A stretch of DNA of 64,000 nucleotides from Eledone cirrhosa (Eukaryota), in assembly GCA_964016885.1 (NCBI GenBank), contig OZ024747.1:50592001-50656000 (forward strand), in the 5' to 3' direction. Below are positions 1-14,273 of the stretch, piece after piece. The stretch's first letter is position 1. Each line of letters begins with the position of its first letter. A program made the translations under genes and the position numbers. The notes below the pieces were generated by a model. That model worked only from the letters and a program-made list of their open reading frames with translations, was not told where the DNA came from and ran no database searches.

Positions 1-366
1 GGTGGTGGTGGTGGTGTTCATGGAGGTCGAGGTGGTGGTGGTGGTGATGGCGATGATGATGATGGTGTTGGTGGTGATGGCGTAGGTGGTAGTGACGGTG
101 CTGGTGGTGATGGCGGTGGTGGTGGTGGTGATGATGTAGGTGGTGTAGGTGGTAGTGATGGTGATGGGGTGATAATGGAGGGGTGGTGGGGGTGCGAGTG
201 GTAGCAGTGGTGTTGGTGGTGATGGTGGTAGTAGTGGTGGTTGTGATGGTGATGGTGGGGGTGGTGATGGTGTGATGTGGTGGGGGTGGTGGTGGCGGGT
301 GATGGCGGGGTGGTGATAGTGGTAGTGATGGTGGTGGTGATGGTGGTGGTGGCGGTGGTGGTGATG
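1..366. repeat. (GGT)n-rich degenerate trinucleotide repeat
   Basis: Directly visible GGT/GAT/GTA triplet runs; the overlapping ORFs are low-complexity artefacts. Confidence 0.9.
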
Positions 367-805
367 GAGAAAAACAACAGCTTGTGCAGCAATGGTACCC
401 AGTCATTTTACTACCAAATCTCCCCCTTTTTTACTTGTATGTATTTTCCCACAAACCCTTTGCTGCTACTACTTCACATCCAGTTTGTTATAAATTGAAT
501 ATAACGATAAATAACGATCGAAAAAAGTGACATTTTTATACCTGGAGAAGAATGGAGATCCAATAAATATATGAATAGATTACATTCTTAAAGTATTTGA
601 AAATTAGAAAAATCATTGATTGACACCCAGTAGTACATTTACGGAGAACCCCAGGGACGACAGATTTAAGGTTGGAAACCGCTGAAGTAGTGGCAACTAT
701 GTGTGAATTTACGGGTGAATTTATGGTGGTAGGGAGGTGGTCTAGATGGTGGAATAGCTGTGAAGAATTACGACAAGGAGAACAGTTTTTTGTGGTAAAA
801 AAAAA

Positions 806-1165
806 AGGAGAGGGAGAAATGGAGAGAAAGAAGGCGAGGAAGAGGAAGTAGAATGAATGGGAAGAGAGAGAAAGGGAGAGGGGGAGAGAGAGAAAGGGAG
901 AGAGGGGGAGAGAGGGGAGATGAAGAAAAGAGAATAAGCGGAGAAGGGGTGAAAACGAAAGAGGAGATGAGTGAAAGATGGATAGGATAAAAAGGAGAGG
1001 AAAGGGAAAAGAAGGAAAAGGGATGAAATAAAAAAAAGAAGAGGAGAAAGAGGGAGTTATAGATATCAATTTGGAGACTGAGGGAGAGTGATGATATATA
1101 TAGAGAGAGAGAGAGACAGATAAATACATAGACAGGTAGTTATTTAGATAGATATATTTCTTTAT

Positions 1166-1202
<37 letters not shown>

Positions 1203-1317
1203 AAAGCTATACCCCTATAATGTGAGAAGATGCAAGCAAGTAAGTTAGAGATAGGAATATATTTATTGAAGTGAGAGGGGAATAAAACTATTAGAAAACT
1301 AAAGCGAAGATAGAACA

Positions 1318-1389
<72 letters not shown>

Positions 1390-1581
1390 ATGTGAAAGAG
1401 TGAGAAAGGGAGAGAGGGTGGTAGAGTAAGAAAGGAAGAAAATAAGGGACGAGAGTTAAGAGAAAGGGTATATATATGATAGAGATATAACGAAATCGAA
1501 AAACGGAAGTGATTGAATAGGAGAGAGAGAGTGAGAGAGAGTGAGAGAGAGAGTGAGAGAGAGAAAGAGAGAGAAAGAGAG
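806..1581. repeat. Purine-rich (GA)n/(GATA)n low-complexity block
   Basis: (GA)n about 1324-1385 and (GATA)n about 1167-1202 within an A/G-rich tract. Confidence 0.9.
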
Positions 1582-2028
1582 ACAGTTGTAACGTGAAATA
1601 TTACAGAATCTAAAGGAACAAATGATGCGAGATTTTTAAAAAAAATCACGGTTTGGAACAGTAAAATGTTGTGAATATCATAGAAGAGTCAAGCTGACCG
1701 GAACTTGGTGACAAATAGAGATTTTTTTTTACAGTAGTACAGCAATCGAATGTTACCCATGGCAACCCTTAAATCATTTGAGCGTTGGACAAAATACAAT
1801 GTCACCCATACTGTAGATTGCTTCAGGATCAATTCAGATTGAGATGATCTTCCATTATAGACAACCTAGCCGTGGCAATTCCGCAGAATCGCATGAGTGT
1901 TGGATAATATGTCTTTGCAGCATTTATTCCAGTTCTTTACGCACTTAGTTCAAACTCCGTTGAGCTCAATTCATTCAGAGTGGATGAATTAAATTACCAG
2001 CTGGAGGTGGTGAATTGTTAGAGTTGTT

Positions 2029-4435
2029 AGAGAGTGGGACTAATACGAGCTGAGGAGAGTGGGACTAATACGAGCTGAGGAGGGTGGGACTAATACGAGC
2101 TGAGGAGAGTGGGACTAATACGAGCTGAGGAGAGTGGGACTAATACGAGCTGAGGAGAGTGGGACTAATACCAGCTGAGGAGAGAGGGACTAATACCAGC
2201 TGAGGAGAGTGGGACTAATACGAGCTGAGGAGAGAGGGGCTAATACCAGCTGAGGAGAGTGGGACTAATACGAGCTGAGGAGAGTGGGACTAATACCAGC
2301 TGAGGAGAGTGGGACTAATACCAGCTGAGGAGAGTGGGACTAATACCAGCTGAGGAGAGAGAGGGACTAATACCAGCTGAGGAGAGTGGGACTAATACGA
2401 GCTGAGGAGAGAGGGACTAATACCAGCTGAGGAGAGTGGGACTAATACGAGCTGAGGAGAGTGGGACTAATACGAGCTGAGGAGAGTGGGACTAATACGA
2501 GCTGAGCAGAGTGGGACTAATACGAGCTGAGGAGAGAGGGACTAACACCAGCTGAGGAGGGTGGGACTAATACGAGCTGAGGAGAGTGGGACTAATACCA
2601 GCTGAGGAGAGTGGGACTAATACCAGCTGAGGAGAGTGGGACTAATACGAGCTGAGGAGAGTGGGACTAATACGAGCTGAGGAGAGTGGGACTAATACCA
2701 GCTGAGGAGAGTGGGACTAATGCGAGCTGAGGAGAGTGGGACTAATACGAGCTGAGGAGAGTGGGACTAATACGAGCTGAGGAGAGTGGGACTAATACGA
2801 GCTGAGGAGGGTGGGACTAATACGAGCTGAGGAGAGTGGGACTAATACGAGCTGAGGAGAGTGGGACTAATACGAGCTGAGGAGAGAGGGACTAATACGA
2901 GTTGAGGAGAGAGGGACTAATACCAGCTGAGGAGAGTGGGACTAATACCAGCTGAGGAGAGAGGGACTAATACGAGCTGAGGAGAGAGGGACTAATACCA
3001 GCTGAGGAGAGTGGGACTAATACGAGCTGAGGAGAGTGGGACTAATACCAGCTGAGGAGAGTGGGACTAATACGAGCTGAGGAGAGTGGGACTAATACGA
3101 GCTGAGGAGAGTGGGACTAATACCAGCTGAGGAGAGTGGGACTAATACGAGCTGAGGAGAGTGGGACTAATACGAGCTGAGGAGAGTGGGACTAATACCA
3201 GCTGAGGAGAGTGGGACTAATACCAGCTGAGGAGAGTGGGACTAATACCAGCTGAGGAGAGTGGGACTAATACCAGCTGAGGAGAGTGGGACTAATACGA
3301 GCTGAGGAGAGTGGGACTAATACCAGCTGAGGAGAGTGGGACTAATACCAGCTGAGGAGAGTGGGACTAATACGAGCTGAGGAGAGTGGGACTAATACCA
3401 GCTGAGGAGAGAGGGACTAATACCAGCTGAGGAGAGTGGGACTAATACGAGCTGAGGAGAGAGGGACTAATACCAGCTGAGGAGAGTGGGACTAATACCA
3501 GCTGAGGAGAGTGGGACTAATACGAGCTGAGGAGAGTGGGACTAATACCAGCTGAGGAGAGTGGGACTAATACGAGCTGAGGAGAGTGGGACTAATACGA
3601 GCTGAGGAGAGTGGGACTAATACCAGCTGAGGAGAGTGGGACTAATACCAGCTGAGGAGAGTGGGACTAATACCAGCTGAGGAGAGTGGGACTAATACCA
3701 GCTGAGGAGAGTGGGACTAATACCAGCTGAGGAGAGTGGGACTAATACGAGCTGAGGAGAGTGGGACTAATACCAGCTGAGGAGAGTGGGACTAATACCA
3801 GCTGAGGAGAGTGGGACTAATACGAGCTGAGGAGAGTGGGACTAATACCAGCTGAGGAGAGAGGGACTAATACCAGCTGAGGAGAGTGGGACTAATACGA
3901 GCTGAGGAGAGAGGGACTAATACCAGCTGAGGAGAGAGGGACTAATACCAGCTGAGGAGAGTGGGACTAATACGAGCTGAGGAGAGTGGGACTAATACGA
4001 GCTGAGGAGAGTGGGACTAATACGAGCTAAGGAGAGTGGGACTAATACCAGCTGAGGAGAGAGAGGGACTAATACCAGCTGAGGAGAGTGGGACTAATAC
4101 GAGCTGAGGAGAGAGAGGGACTAATACCAGCTGAGGAGAGTGGGACTAATACGAGCTGAGGAGAGTGGGACTAATACGAGCTGAGGAGAGTGGGACTAAT
4201 ACGAGCTGAGGAGAGAGGGACTAATACCAGCTGAGGAGAGTGGGACTAATACGAGCTGAGGAGAGTGGGACTAATACGAGCTGAGGAGAGTGGGACTAAT
4301 ACGAGCTGAGGAGAGTGGGACTAATACCAGCTGAGGAGAGTGGGACTAATACCAGCTGAGGAGAGTGGGACTAATACCAGCTGAGGAGAGTGGGACTAAT
4401 ACCAGCTGAGGAGAGTGGGACTAATACCAGCTGAG
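2029..4435 (+). repeat. 25-bp minisatellite, about 96 units
   Basis: Unit GCTGAGGAGAGTGGGACTAATAC(G/C)A, period 25 (gctga at 2401, 2426, 2451); variants GAGAGAGGG and TACCA. Confidence 0.97.
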
Positions 4436-5287
4436 GGTGGTGAATTGTTAGAGCGATGATAGTTGATTGACTGAACCCCGTATATTCAATAGAATTGTAG
4501 GAGTGATGGACAAAATACATTTGCAACATTAATTCCAGTTCTTTACACCCGTAGTTCAAAACCCGTTGTTATTTAAGTTGTATCGACTATTACAGTTTTA
4601 AGCTAAATTTGAGCCAGTATAGAAGCTACCACCTACTAGAATTAGCAGTAAATACTCCATCGAACCCCACCCTACTATATTTGAAAGGCAGCATCCATAG
4701 GAAAATGTTGTCCTAGATAGAGTACCCGAGTAGGACAAAACGAAATGGTCAGAACTGGAAGAGGTGGTAGATCAGTGATGAAATGTGAGCAGAACTGGCC
4801 CCTTCTTCTCCCAGGTATACACTCCATTCTCCCAAACAAGAACATTTTATCTTACAGTTCAGTAGGCAGGCGAATTTGCATTTTCTGTTACACAGTTCAC
4901 ACCCACCCATGCCAAATCATTTGACCAGCCGTAACATACTTCCGCAGGGTTGCTACGCAGTAAAGACGATTCCTGATTTACTTATTCATCGCAGAAAAAA
5001 AAAGGAATATTTAATTTAATTGTGCATATCTGTATAAACTTCATTAAGGTTCAGTAATGCGCCATTCCTGTACCGTAGGCAGCTGCCCACTTGGCTTTAA
5101 TAAAAGCACCGTTCCTGGTACGGACTGAAATAACAACAACAGGGTTAGGGTAATTCGGACAAGTAAAGAGATGTAGCTAAACATTGTACATATTTTCTAC
5201 GTTAGCACACGTATGTATGTATGTATGTATGTATGTATGTATGTATGTATGTATGTATGTATGTATGTATGTATGTATGTATGTATG

Positions 5288-5893
5288 TCAGGTCACCAGT
5301 TGGTGCTACTCGTAACATGTATCCCAGTGTAACCTGTCTCATGGTCGGGGCGTTGGCGATTAACCTTCAACCCTACCAAGGTTTCTTGGTGAGGGGGGTG
5401 ACTTTGGACATCCTGCAGGACTAAAAACAAAATCTGTCAAAGGGAAAAGGAGCACTTAAGAGTGAATGGCCATCCAAAATCACCGGGAGAGATGACCCCT
5501 TAGCCTTTGTCAAGGCAGAATTCTAGGAGAAGGAAAACTCTGATATAACACCTGCAACCCTGATGGTATCCAATGATGTTGACTTGTTCATCTTTTTGGT
5601 AAATATCATCTTGGTTAAGAGAGTGGGACTGGCTTTGTGCAGTGCCTTTACTCACTATAAAAGCTTCACGACACAGGCATTGCTTTGTATCTGGAGATCT
5701 CTCTGCACTTGTCGTCACATGGTACCATGGGCCCAGCACTATGTGTCAATAATTCTCACAAGTGTAGTGTTTGTACCAGAGTTTTCAAGTCGCTGGCTGG
5801 ACTAAAATGTCACACTCGTTCAGCGCATCGGTAGGGGTTCTTCTACATGGATATAAAGTAGTGGCCGTACTCGAAAACGAGTTGGCAGCCACC
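5288..5893 (+). mobile_element. RTE-derived non-autonomous (bipartite) retroelement, longest copy
   Basis: Contains CTAGGAGAAGGAAAACTCTGA (RTE 5'UTR-like), a C2H2 finger remnant HKCSVCTRVFKSLAGLKCHTRSAHR* (5757-5834) and a 3' hairpin CTCG-AAAA-CGAG. Flanked by (TATG)n on both sides. Further copies occur in the window. Confidence 0.7.
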
Positions 5894-6055
5894 ATGTATG
5901 TATGTATGTATGTATGTATGTATGTATGTATGTATGGATAGATGGGTGCATAGATAGTTAGTTGCATAGAGAGATATATTTCTTTATTTGACAAAGGGGC
6001 GTACAAAAATGGGGCATTACAAGACGTGACGGCGGGGGTTTAGACAAAATCTTTA

Positions 6056-6227
6056 ACAATAATTGCTTCTACTGTTGGCACAAGGCCAGAAATTACCCAG
6101 TACATTACTGGTACTTTATTGTATCGACCTCGTAAGGATGAAACGCAAAGTTAACCTCGGCGGGATTTGAATTCAGACCCTAAAGAGACGTAACTATGGT
6201 GGAAAGCATGGCGTCCGACTCACTACC
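6056..6227 (-). mobile_element. tRNA-derived SINE copy
   Basis: Matches the family core TTTGC(C/G)TTTCATCCTTACG(G/A)GGTCGATA..AATAAAGTACCAG with a B box on the minus strand. Confidence 0.9.
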
Positions 6228-6230
6228 TTT

Positions 6231-6298
6231 TATATATATAAAAGTGAAGAAAAAAATGGTCAACATTATATATATAATGTTGACCATGTTATTCTTCA

Positions 6299-6311
<13 letters not shown>
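6231..6311. repeat. Short fold-back palindrome related to the 7948-8116 unit
   Basis: aaagtgaaga..atggtcaacatta-(TA)n-taatgttgaccatg..tcttcacttt; shares TGACCATGTTATTCTTCACT with the right arm of 7948-8116. Confidence 0.8.
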
Positions 6312-7181
<870 letters not shown>

Positions 7182-7431
7182 TATATATTGGTTCGTGTGA
7201 ATGAGAGGGGGATATGACGAGTCATTATAACAAGGATGAGGAAGGTTCAATGTTACAGTGAGGAAGTAGAGATAAATGCTAAGACTAACCTGAGCTCTTT
7301 TTAGTATTAACCTAGTGTTTCTTCAGGGCAGATATCTGTGACGTTCTTAAGAAATCATTGGTCATAGTTTTGTTGTAGTTCTTCTTTTCCTTGTCATATG
7401 AATAATCTCTCGTTCTCTCACAGTGCAGTAT

Positions 7432-7523
<92 letters not shown>

Positions 7524-7526
<3 letters not shown>

Positions 7527-7633
7527 GGAACCAGTAAGACCCCGACGGGGTTCCTATTACACACTCTACTACCCCAAGTATTGAGTACTTTGGTGCGTTA
7601 TGGTCCACCTGGTTCCTAATATCATTTCCTTCG

Positions 7634-7637
<4 letters not shown>
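7524..7637 (+). mobile_element. Internally deleted copy of fold-back family A
   Basis: ataggaaccagtaagaccccgacgggg|ttcctat followed by the same 3' tail (...tttccttcgttat(TA)n) as the 14.3 and 23.7 kb copies. Confidence 0.75.
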
Positions 7638-7667
<30 letters not shown>

Positions 7668-7848
7668 CTTCACCATCTTTGTTTGTTTACACTCTCGTGT
7701 CCCCTTTATTTACGTGCCCCAACGACTTTTTTTAGCCGGAGGTATATGGTCTTTAAAGCGTTGAAATACCAATGATGGTTGGAAGATCACTGATGAAGGA
7801 CTAACTTTATTCATATGTAACCCATTTGCAACCACGCAGCACGTTTAT

Positions 7849-8116
<268 letters not shown>

Positions 8117-8417
8117 TTACTCCAAGAATAACCTGCATGGGAATTCTCGCGAACTCGCTACCTAACTAAGGAAACCTCTTGTTGAGCCAAACAACGCCGT
8201 ACGTTAAAACTATCCATAGTACAGAGTACAGAGTACTCAGAGTACTCAACTGGATTACCTAAAACGATAACTAGTTATCCCATATATATATATATACACA
8301 CACACACACGTGTGTGTATTAGGTTCATGCGTGAAGGAAGTGGAGGAAGCTTCAACGTTTCGGACAGAAGTCTTACACCAAGAAAGTTATACATACACAC
8401 ACACTCATACACACACA

Positions 8418-8509
<92 letters not shown>

Positions 8510-8537
8510 TACACACAACCCCACAAACCCACACACA

Positions 8538-8581
<44 letters not shown>

Positions 8582-8773
8582 TTATCTAACCTGATTAGGT
8601 TTTTCGTTGTTTTTGGTATTGTGTGGTTAGGTCTGCCTGCCGCAATTTTCAATTTGTTAAGCTATTTAAACGTATGTTATTACTCTCAGGGCCTACCTTA
8701 TTGAGTGCTTTGCTAACCATTCCTAATTGTAGGTCGTTTGCTTCGATTTTACTAAGCTTGCACTTGTATATAT

Positions 8774-8814
<41 letters not shown>

Positions 8815-9122
8815 CAGTTCCCAACTATGGTATTGCGCAGGTTTTCAAGTTCAATCTGCCATATTGTAATGGGGTTCTATTATAACTCGTCCCACAGGCT
8901 GAGTACTCTTAACCCTCGGATGTTTTTAATACAGTATATACAGTATTTACAGTATTTTTTGGCTTCGGTGGCTATTGGCTTCATGACCGCCGTTTTCAGT
9001 TTGTTTGGCCTCTATAACCTATGTTTATTGCTCTGGTCTTCTTTTAGTCCATTGAGAGCTTGCCGCATATCTCGAAAATTGCGTTTCGACCACTGCCGAA
9101 ATTCGATCTCGCTGAAATTATA

Positions 9123-9278
9123 TGAATGATAATAATTAAAAAAGCCAAAACAAGAAAGACAAAAAACATTCATACATTTGTGTATATATATATATATGAA
9201 TGTATGTATATATATACACACAAATGTATGAATGTTTTTCGTCTTTCTTGTTTTGGTTTTTTAATTATTATCATTCAA
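9123..9278. repeat. Fold-back palindrome around a TA microsatellite
   Basis: tgaatgataataattaaaaaagccaaaacaagaaagac... versus ...gtctttcttgttttggttttttaattattatcattca. Confidence 0.8.
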
Positions 9279-9449
9279 GTGTAGAATGAATAAATAAATA
9301 CGAAAATATATGTATGTATGTATGAATGTATGTATGTGTATATGGATGTATGCATGCATGTATTTATGTATGCATGTATGTATATACATGTATGTATTCA
9401 TGTATGTATATACGAATGAATATACATGTATATACATGTATATATATAC

Positions 9450-9488
<39 letters not shown>

Positions 9489-10124
9489 TGTGTGTGGTGA
9501 GTGTATGTGAGGGGAGGGTGTGTGAAGCTGTGGTTCCAATTTCCTTGGTCTGCTTCGATTCTCGCATCAGTGTTGTTAGGGACAAATAGGTACATGGGGA
9601 TTGTGGTGGTGTTGGTGTTGGTGTTGGTGTTGGTGGTAATGGGGTGTAGGGGTCAGTGTTGTAGGGGTCGGGAATGTCGGATTCGTCTGCTAAAATTATT
9701 TCTTTCTTTATTTTATTTCATCTTATTTCATTTTTATTTATGTATATTTATTTTTATTGATTTCCTTTTATTTATTTGGTTATATTATTTGGATTTTTTC
9801 AAAGTCCAGCTGGCTCTACCGTCGGAGGTCATTTAACGGCTAGACACGCTTCTGCATTAATTAAATCTGTCTTAGGAATGATGACCTCAACAACACAAAG
9901 CCAGTTCGACCAAACCATTCTTCCACCACTTCTCCCCATTTTTCTCTGTTTCAAACATTCATCAAGGCGTTAATGAAACGCTTCAAGCAGCGATGGACTT
10001 TATGCTTCCTTCCATTTTCTTTATCTCTCCCCCACTTTCTCTCTCTACCACTGCCCCCCCCCCTCTCTCTCTCTCTGTATATATATATATATATATATAT
10101 GTATCGGACATATCATTAACTACT

Positions 10125-10202
<78 letters not shown>

Positions 10203-10232
10203 CTGACATATCATTAACTACTACATACACAC

Positions 10233-10283
<51 letters not shown>

Positions 10284-10664
10284 CACTTTCTTATTTATTC
10301 TCTCTACACATGACTGATAATAAAATAAGAACCAAAACAATAAATATATATATAATAACGAATCACTCCCCACCACTACACCACCACACCACTACACCAC
10401 CACACCACTACACCACCACACCACTACACCACCACACCACTACACCACTACACCACTACACCACCACACACACCCAGACACAGAGGAGAATATACATCAA
10501 AACAACAACAACAACAACAACACCAACACCACCACCACCACCACTAGCACCACCACCACCACCACCAACACCACCAACAACAACAACAACAAAATATAAT
10601 GGGGGGGGGGCAATGATGTGAAATAGGAATAAAATTGATAAAAATTCTCACTGTCCACCACACC

Positions 10665-10862
10665 CAAGTTCCCGACACCTTACACCTCTCGTCCACTCCA
10701 CTATCCCCCGCCCCCTCGAGTTCCCGATCCCTCACCCTCTCGTCCACTCCACTGTACTCCTCCACCCCAAGTTCCCGACCTCTCACCCCCCTCGTCCACT
10801 CCACTGTCCTCCCCCTCCGAAGTTCCCGATCCCCTCAACCCCCCTCGTCGACTCCACTGTCC
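10665..10862 (+). repeat. Degenerate tandem repeat of about 52 bp, 4 units
   Basis: Recurring AGTTCCCGA...CTCGTCCACTCCACT. Confidence 0.75.
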
Positions 10863-10978
10863 AGTCTCAAATCATTTTTCTATATCATCAAATTTCAGTT
10901 GGGAAAAGAGAACATTGTTCCTTTGATCATTGGCTGTTGGTTGTTGTTGTTGTTGTTGTTGTTATTGCGCTTGTTGTT

Positions 10979-11029
<51 letters not shown>

Positions 11030-11129
11030 ATTGCCAATGTTGCTGTTTATGGTGATGGTAATGGTGGTGGTGGTAGTGTTGTTGTTATTGCCTTTGTTGC
11101 TGTTTATGGTGATGGTGATGGTAATGATA

Positions 11130-11285
11130 GCGATAGCGGTGAGAGAGTCGGACACCATGCTTTGAAGCATAGAGTTACGGCCCTTTCTGATCCGACTTCA
11201 AATCCCGCCGAGGTTAACTTTGCCTTTCATCCTTACGGGGTCGATAAAATAAAGTACCAGTAATACACTGAATATTTGCTGGCCT
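11130..11285 (+). mobile_element. tRNA-derived SINE copy
   Basis: B-box-like ttcaaatcc followed by the family core and gctggcct. Confidence 0.88.
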
Positions 11286-11470
11286 GTGACCTCTTCAGTG
11301 ACTGGGGATTCTTTTCTTTGTTTTTGTGCCTCTCCTTTGTTCTGTTCTACGCTGGTTGTGGAACCAACCAACCAACCGGAAATTTATAAATTTATTATAA
11401 TAAATTGAAGTGAAAGCAACTGGTGCGTGTGTTTCTTATTGGCAACGTGACCCTCCCAAAGTATAACAAT
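11285..11470. mobile_element. Rearranged fragments of the family-E PLE terminus
   Basis: tgtgacctcttcagtgactgggg... matches 41131-41190; ggaaccaaccaacc...gaccctcccaaagtataacaat matches 41850-41982. Confidence 0.75.
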
Positions 11471-11547
11471 ATCGCTTTCAACCCACGTTTTCAGATAAAG
11501 AATCTTGCTAAACAAATTCAGAAACGAAATATATATATATATATATA

Positions 11548-11579
<32 letters not shown>

Positions 11580-11699
11580 CATACATTCATATATATATTC
11601 ATATATACATAATTGGTAGCTGCCCCCTCATTATCGAGTACGTCCATTGCACGATATACCATTATTATTATAATCAATTAATTCTATCGTGCAATGCCT

Positions 11700-11910
11700 G
11701 TGCGTGAAGATATTTTTTAAAGTGAGGAAAGACTGTGCACTGAGCCAATCCCACTCTCTGAGCGACAGTAGCTATAACCCGAAAAGAAGAAAAGATCAAC
11801 ATCATCGGTAACTACTGAGCCGCTGGTTTTATGTCGGAGTTATCCCAGTTTCCTGAGTTGCCTTCTCCTAGAAGAATGCCCTGACAAAGGCTAGGGGGTC
11901 CTTCACTTCC
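11700..11910 (-). mobile_element. Diverged copy of the RTE-derived element
   Basis: cccactctc, tcaacatcat, ccttctcctagaa and tgacaaaggctagggg occur in the same order as in 20750-21160. Confidence 0.6.
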
Positions 11911-12063
11911 AGTGGTTTAACCGCGTGATCGGGTGTCCAGCTCGATTGTTTCTATGTCCCCGTGCATCTATATAGATATGTATACCTGTATATACATGTA
12001 TACATATATATATATACACATATATACACATGTATATATATATATATACACGTAGACACATAT

Positions 12064-12169
<106 letters not shown>

Positions 12170-12303
12170 ATATATATATATAAATACAGGTATATACATA
12201 CACACATGCATACATATATACATATACACACACACACACATACACACACACACATATATATATACATACATATACATACATACAAGCATATTCAGATACA
12301 CAC

Positions 12304-12356
<53 letters not shown>

Positions 12357-12439
12357 AAAGGTAAACAGAAATAACAACACATCGGTACAGTATATGGAAG
12401 GGATATATTAGGTTAACGCTTGATATAGCAGGAAGAGGG

Positions 12440-12475
12440 TCTTAACGTTTCGGACGCTAGTCCTTCATCAGAAGA
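12440..12475 (-). ncRNA. Minimal type I hammerhead ribozyme (family F)
   Basis: Minus strand: UCUU-CUGAUGA-a-GGAC-uagc-GUCC-GAAA-CG-UU-AAGA; identical to 56386-56421; lies within a roughly 190-bp unit (about 12345-12535) ending in (TA)n. Confidence 0.8.
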
Positions 12476-12801
12476 AAGAATGAGAAACAAAATAGATAAA
12501 GGGGACGGGTGGGATGTAATTGGAAAAAATGTCTATATATATATATTAATGGTACAGATTAAAAGTTTAAGCTATAAATTTCTGCTTTCACCCTAAGCAG
12601 GTTAATTACGCCGGGTAATACTTCTAATTTTCTATTGAAATCTAAACAAAAATTAAGGTACTTAACAATAAAAGAATATATTTTACACATTTACGCCCAT
12701 AACACACATATCACACATAACACATTAGACAATTGCGTAACAGCAATCTTTGTACTGGATCCCAACTACATAACACTTAAAAGCGTACGCTGTTTACAGT
12801 C

Positions 12802-12850
12802 ATACACACACACACACGTACAAACAGACGCACACACACACTCACACACA

Positions 12851-12901
<51 letters not shown>

Positions 12902-13320
12902 GTACAAACAGATGGTTGTTCATACACATACACAGGCACACACACACACTCACACACACCGACATACACACATACACACACACAAACACATGGTTGTTCA
13001 TACATACACTCATACATACACACACACACACGCAGACACACTCACACACACAGACACACACACAGCCACACACACACACAGACACACACACAAACACATG
13101 GTTGTTCATACATATACACACACACACACAAACACATGGTTGTTAACACACACACACAGACAAACACACACACACATACACACACGCACACACACACACA
13201 CACCCTCAGACATACACAGACACACATACACCCACAGACACACACACATACACAGATACACGCACACGCACACACACACACACACACACATACACAGACA
13301 CACATACACCCACAGACACA

Positions 13321-13373
<53 letters not shown>

Positions 13374-13445
13374 ACACTCACTTACACACACACACACATG
13401 GTTATTCACACACACACACACACACACACACTCACCCAAACACAT
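12802..13445. repeat. Compound (CA)n repeat with recurring ATGGTTGTT anchor
   Basis: Directly visible. Confidence 0.9.
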
Positions 13446-13935
13446 GCATGATCATACAGTCAGTTATTCCAAATACATGAGAGATTTGGAGTCAAATATA
13501 CAGCTATATATGTATATAAGTAACAGTAAACGTGCAAATTTATGCGTGACAATCTGGTTTCATTTTCACAACGATATATATACAGTATATATACATTGTA
13601 AGCAACGTTAATTGAGTAAGAATCCTATAATTCTATGTGTGTAATCAGTCATGTCTATCTCTTGTATTTGAAGCATATGGTTTCGGACAGATTTAACAGA
13701 CTTCCTCAGGCATCTATTAGACAAACAATATTTGAAGAGGAGTTAGCTGCTGAAATTAGAACTTCTGGTTCAAATCTAGTCATGAGCGAATAGTTTATTT
13801 ACACCCGAGGCGATATTTTCTTTGTGGAATTTACGCAGTTTTCATTGTCTACGGTCCTTTCTAGCTATCTAACATTGCACCATTGCACACCCACATACAT
13901 ACACACGCTTAAACACACGTACACATACGTATATA

Positions 13936-13979
<44 letters not shown>

Positions 13980-14273
13980 CATATATAAATATATATATGT
14001 ATATAAATACACACGCACACACGCACACACGCACCCCCCCCCCCACACACATATAACATATGTATATATATTATATATATATACACTTATATATATACTT
14101 ATTTACTTAGATATATAGGCACAGGCATGGTTATGCGGTAAAGTAGTTCGGATCAGAAACACGTGGATCTTGCTTCAGTTCCTATAGCCTCGCTTCGATC
14201 GATGGACTGTGAGTGGAATTGTGTAAATGATAATTGTGTAAATGATAATTGCATATATATATATATATATAGG

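Noticed and set aside
2029-4435. CRISPR-like regular array
   Set aside because: Head-to-tail repeats without unique spacers, no cas genes, eukaryotic context; the same applies to 56804-58878.
5500-5805. ORFs of 79-80 aa recurring at 5.5, 20.9 and 24.0 kb
   Set aside because: Recurrence reflects copies of one repeat; only the short C2H2 remnant in another frame looks protein-derived.
13670-13715. Minus-strand CTGAGGA...GTCCGAAAC
   Set aside because: Helix II and III pairing is poor; possibly a decayed HHR but not supportable.
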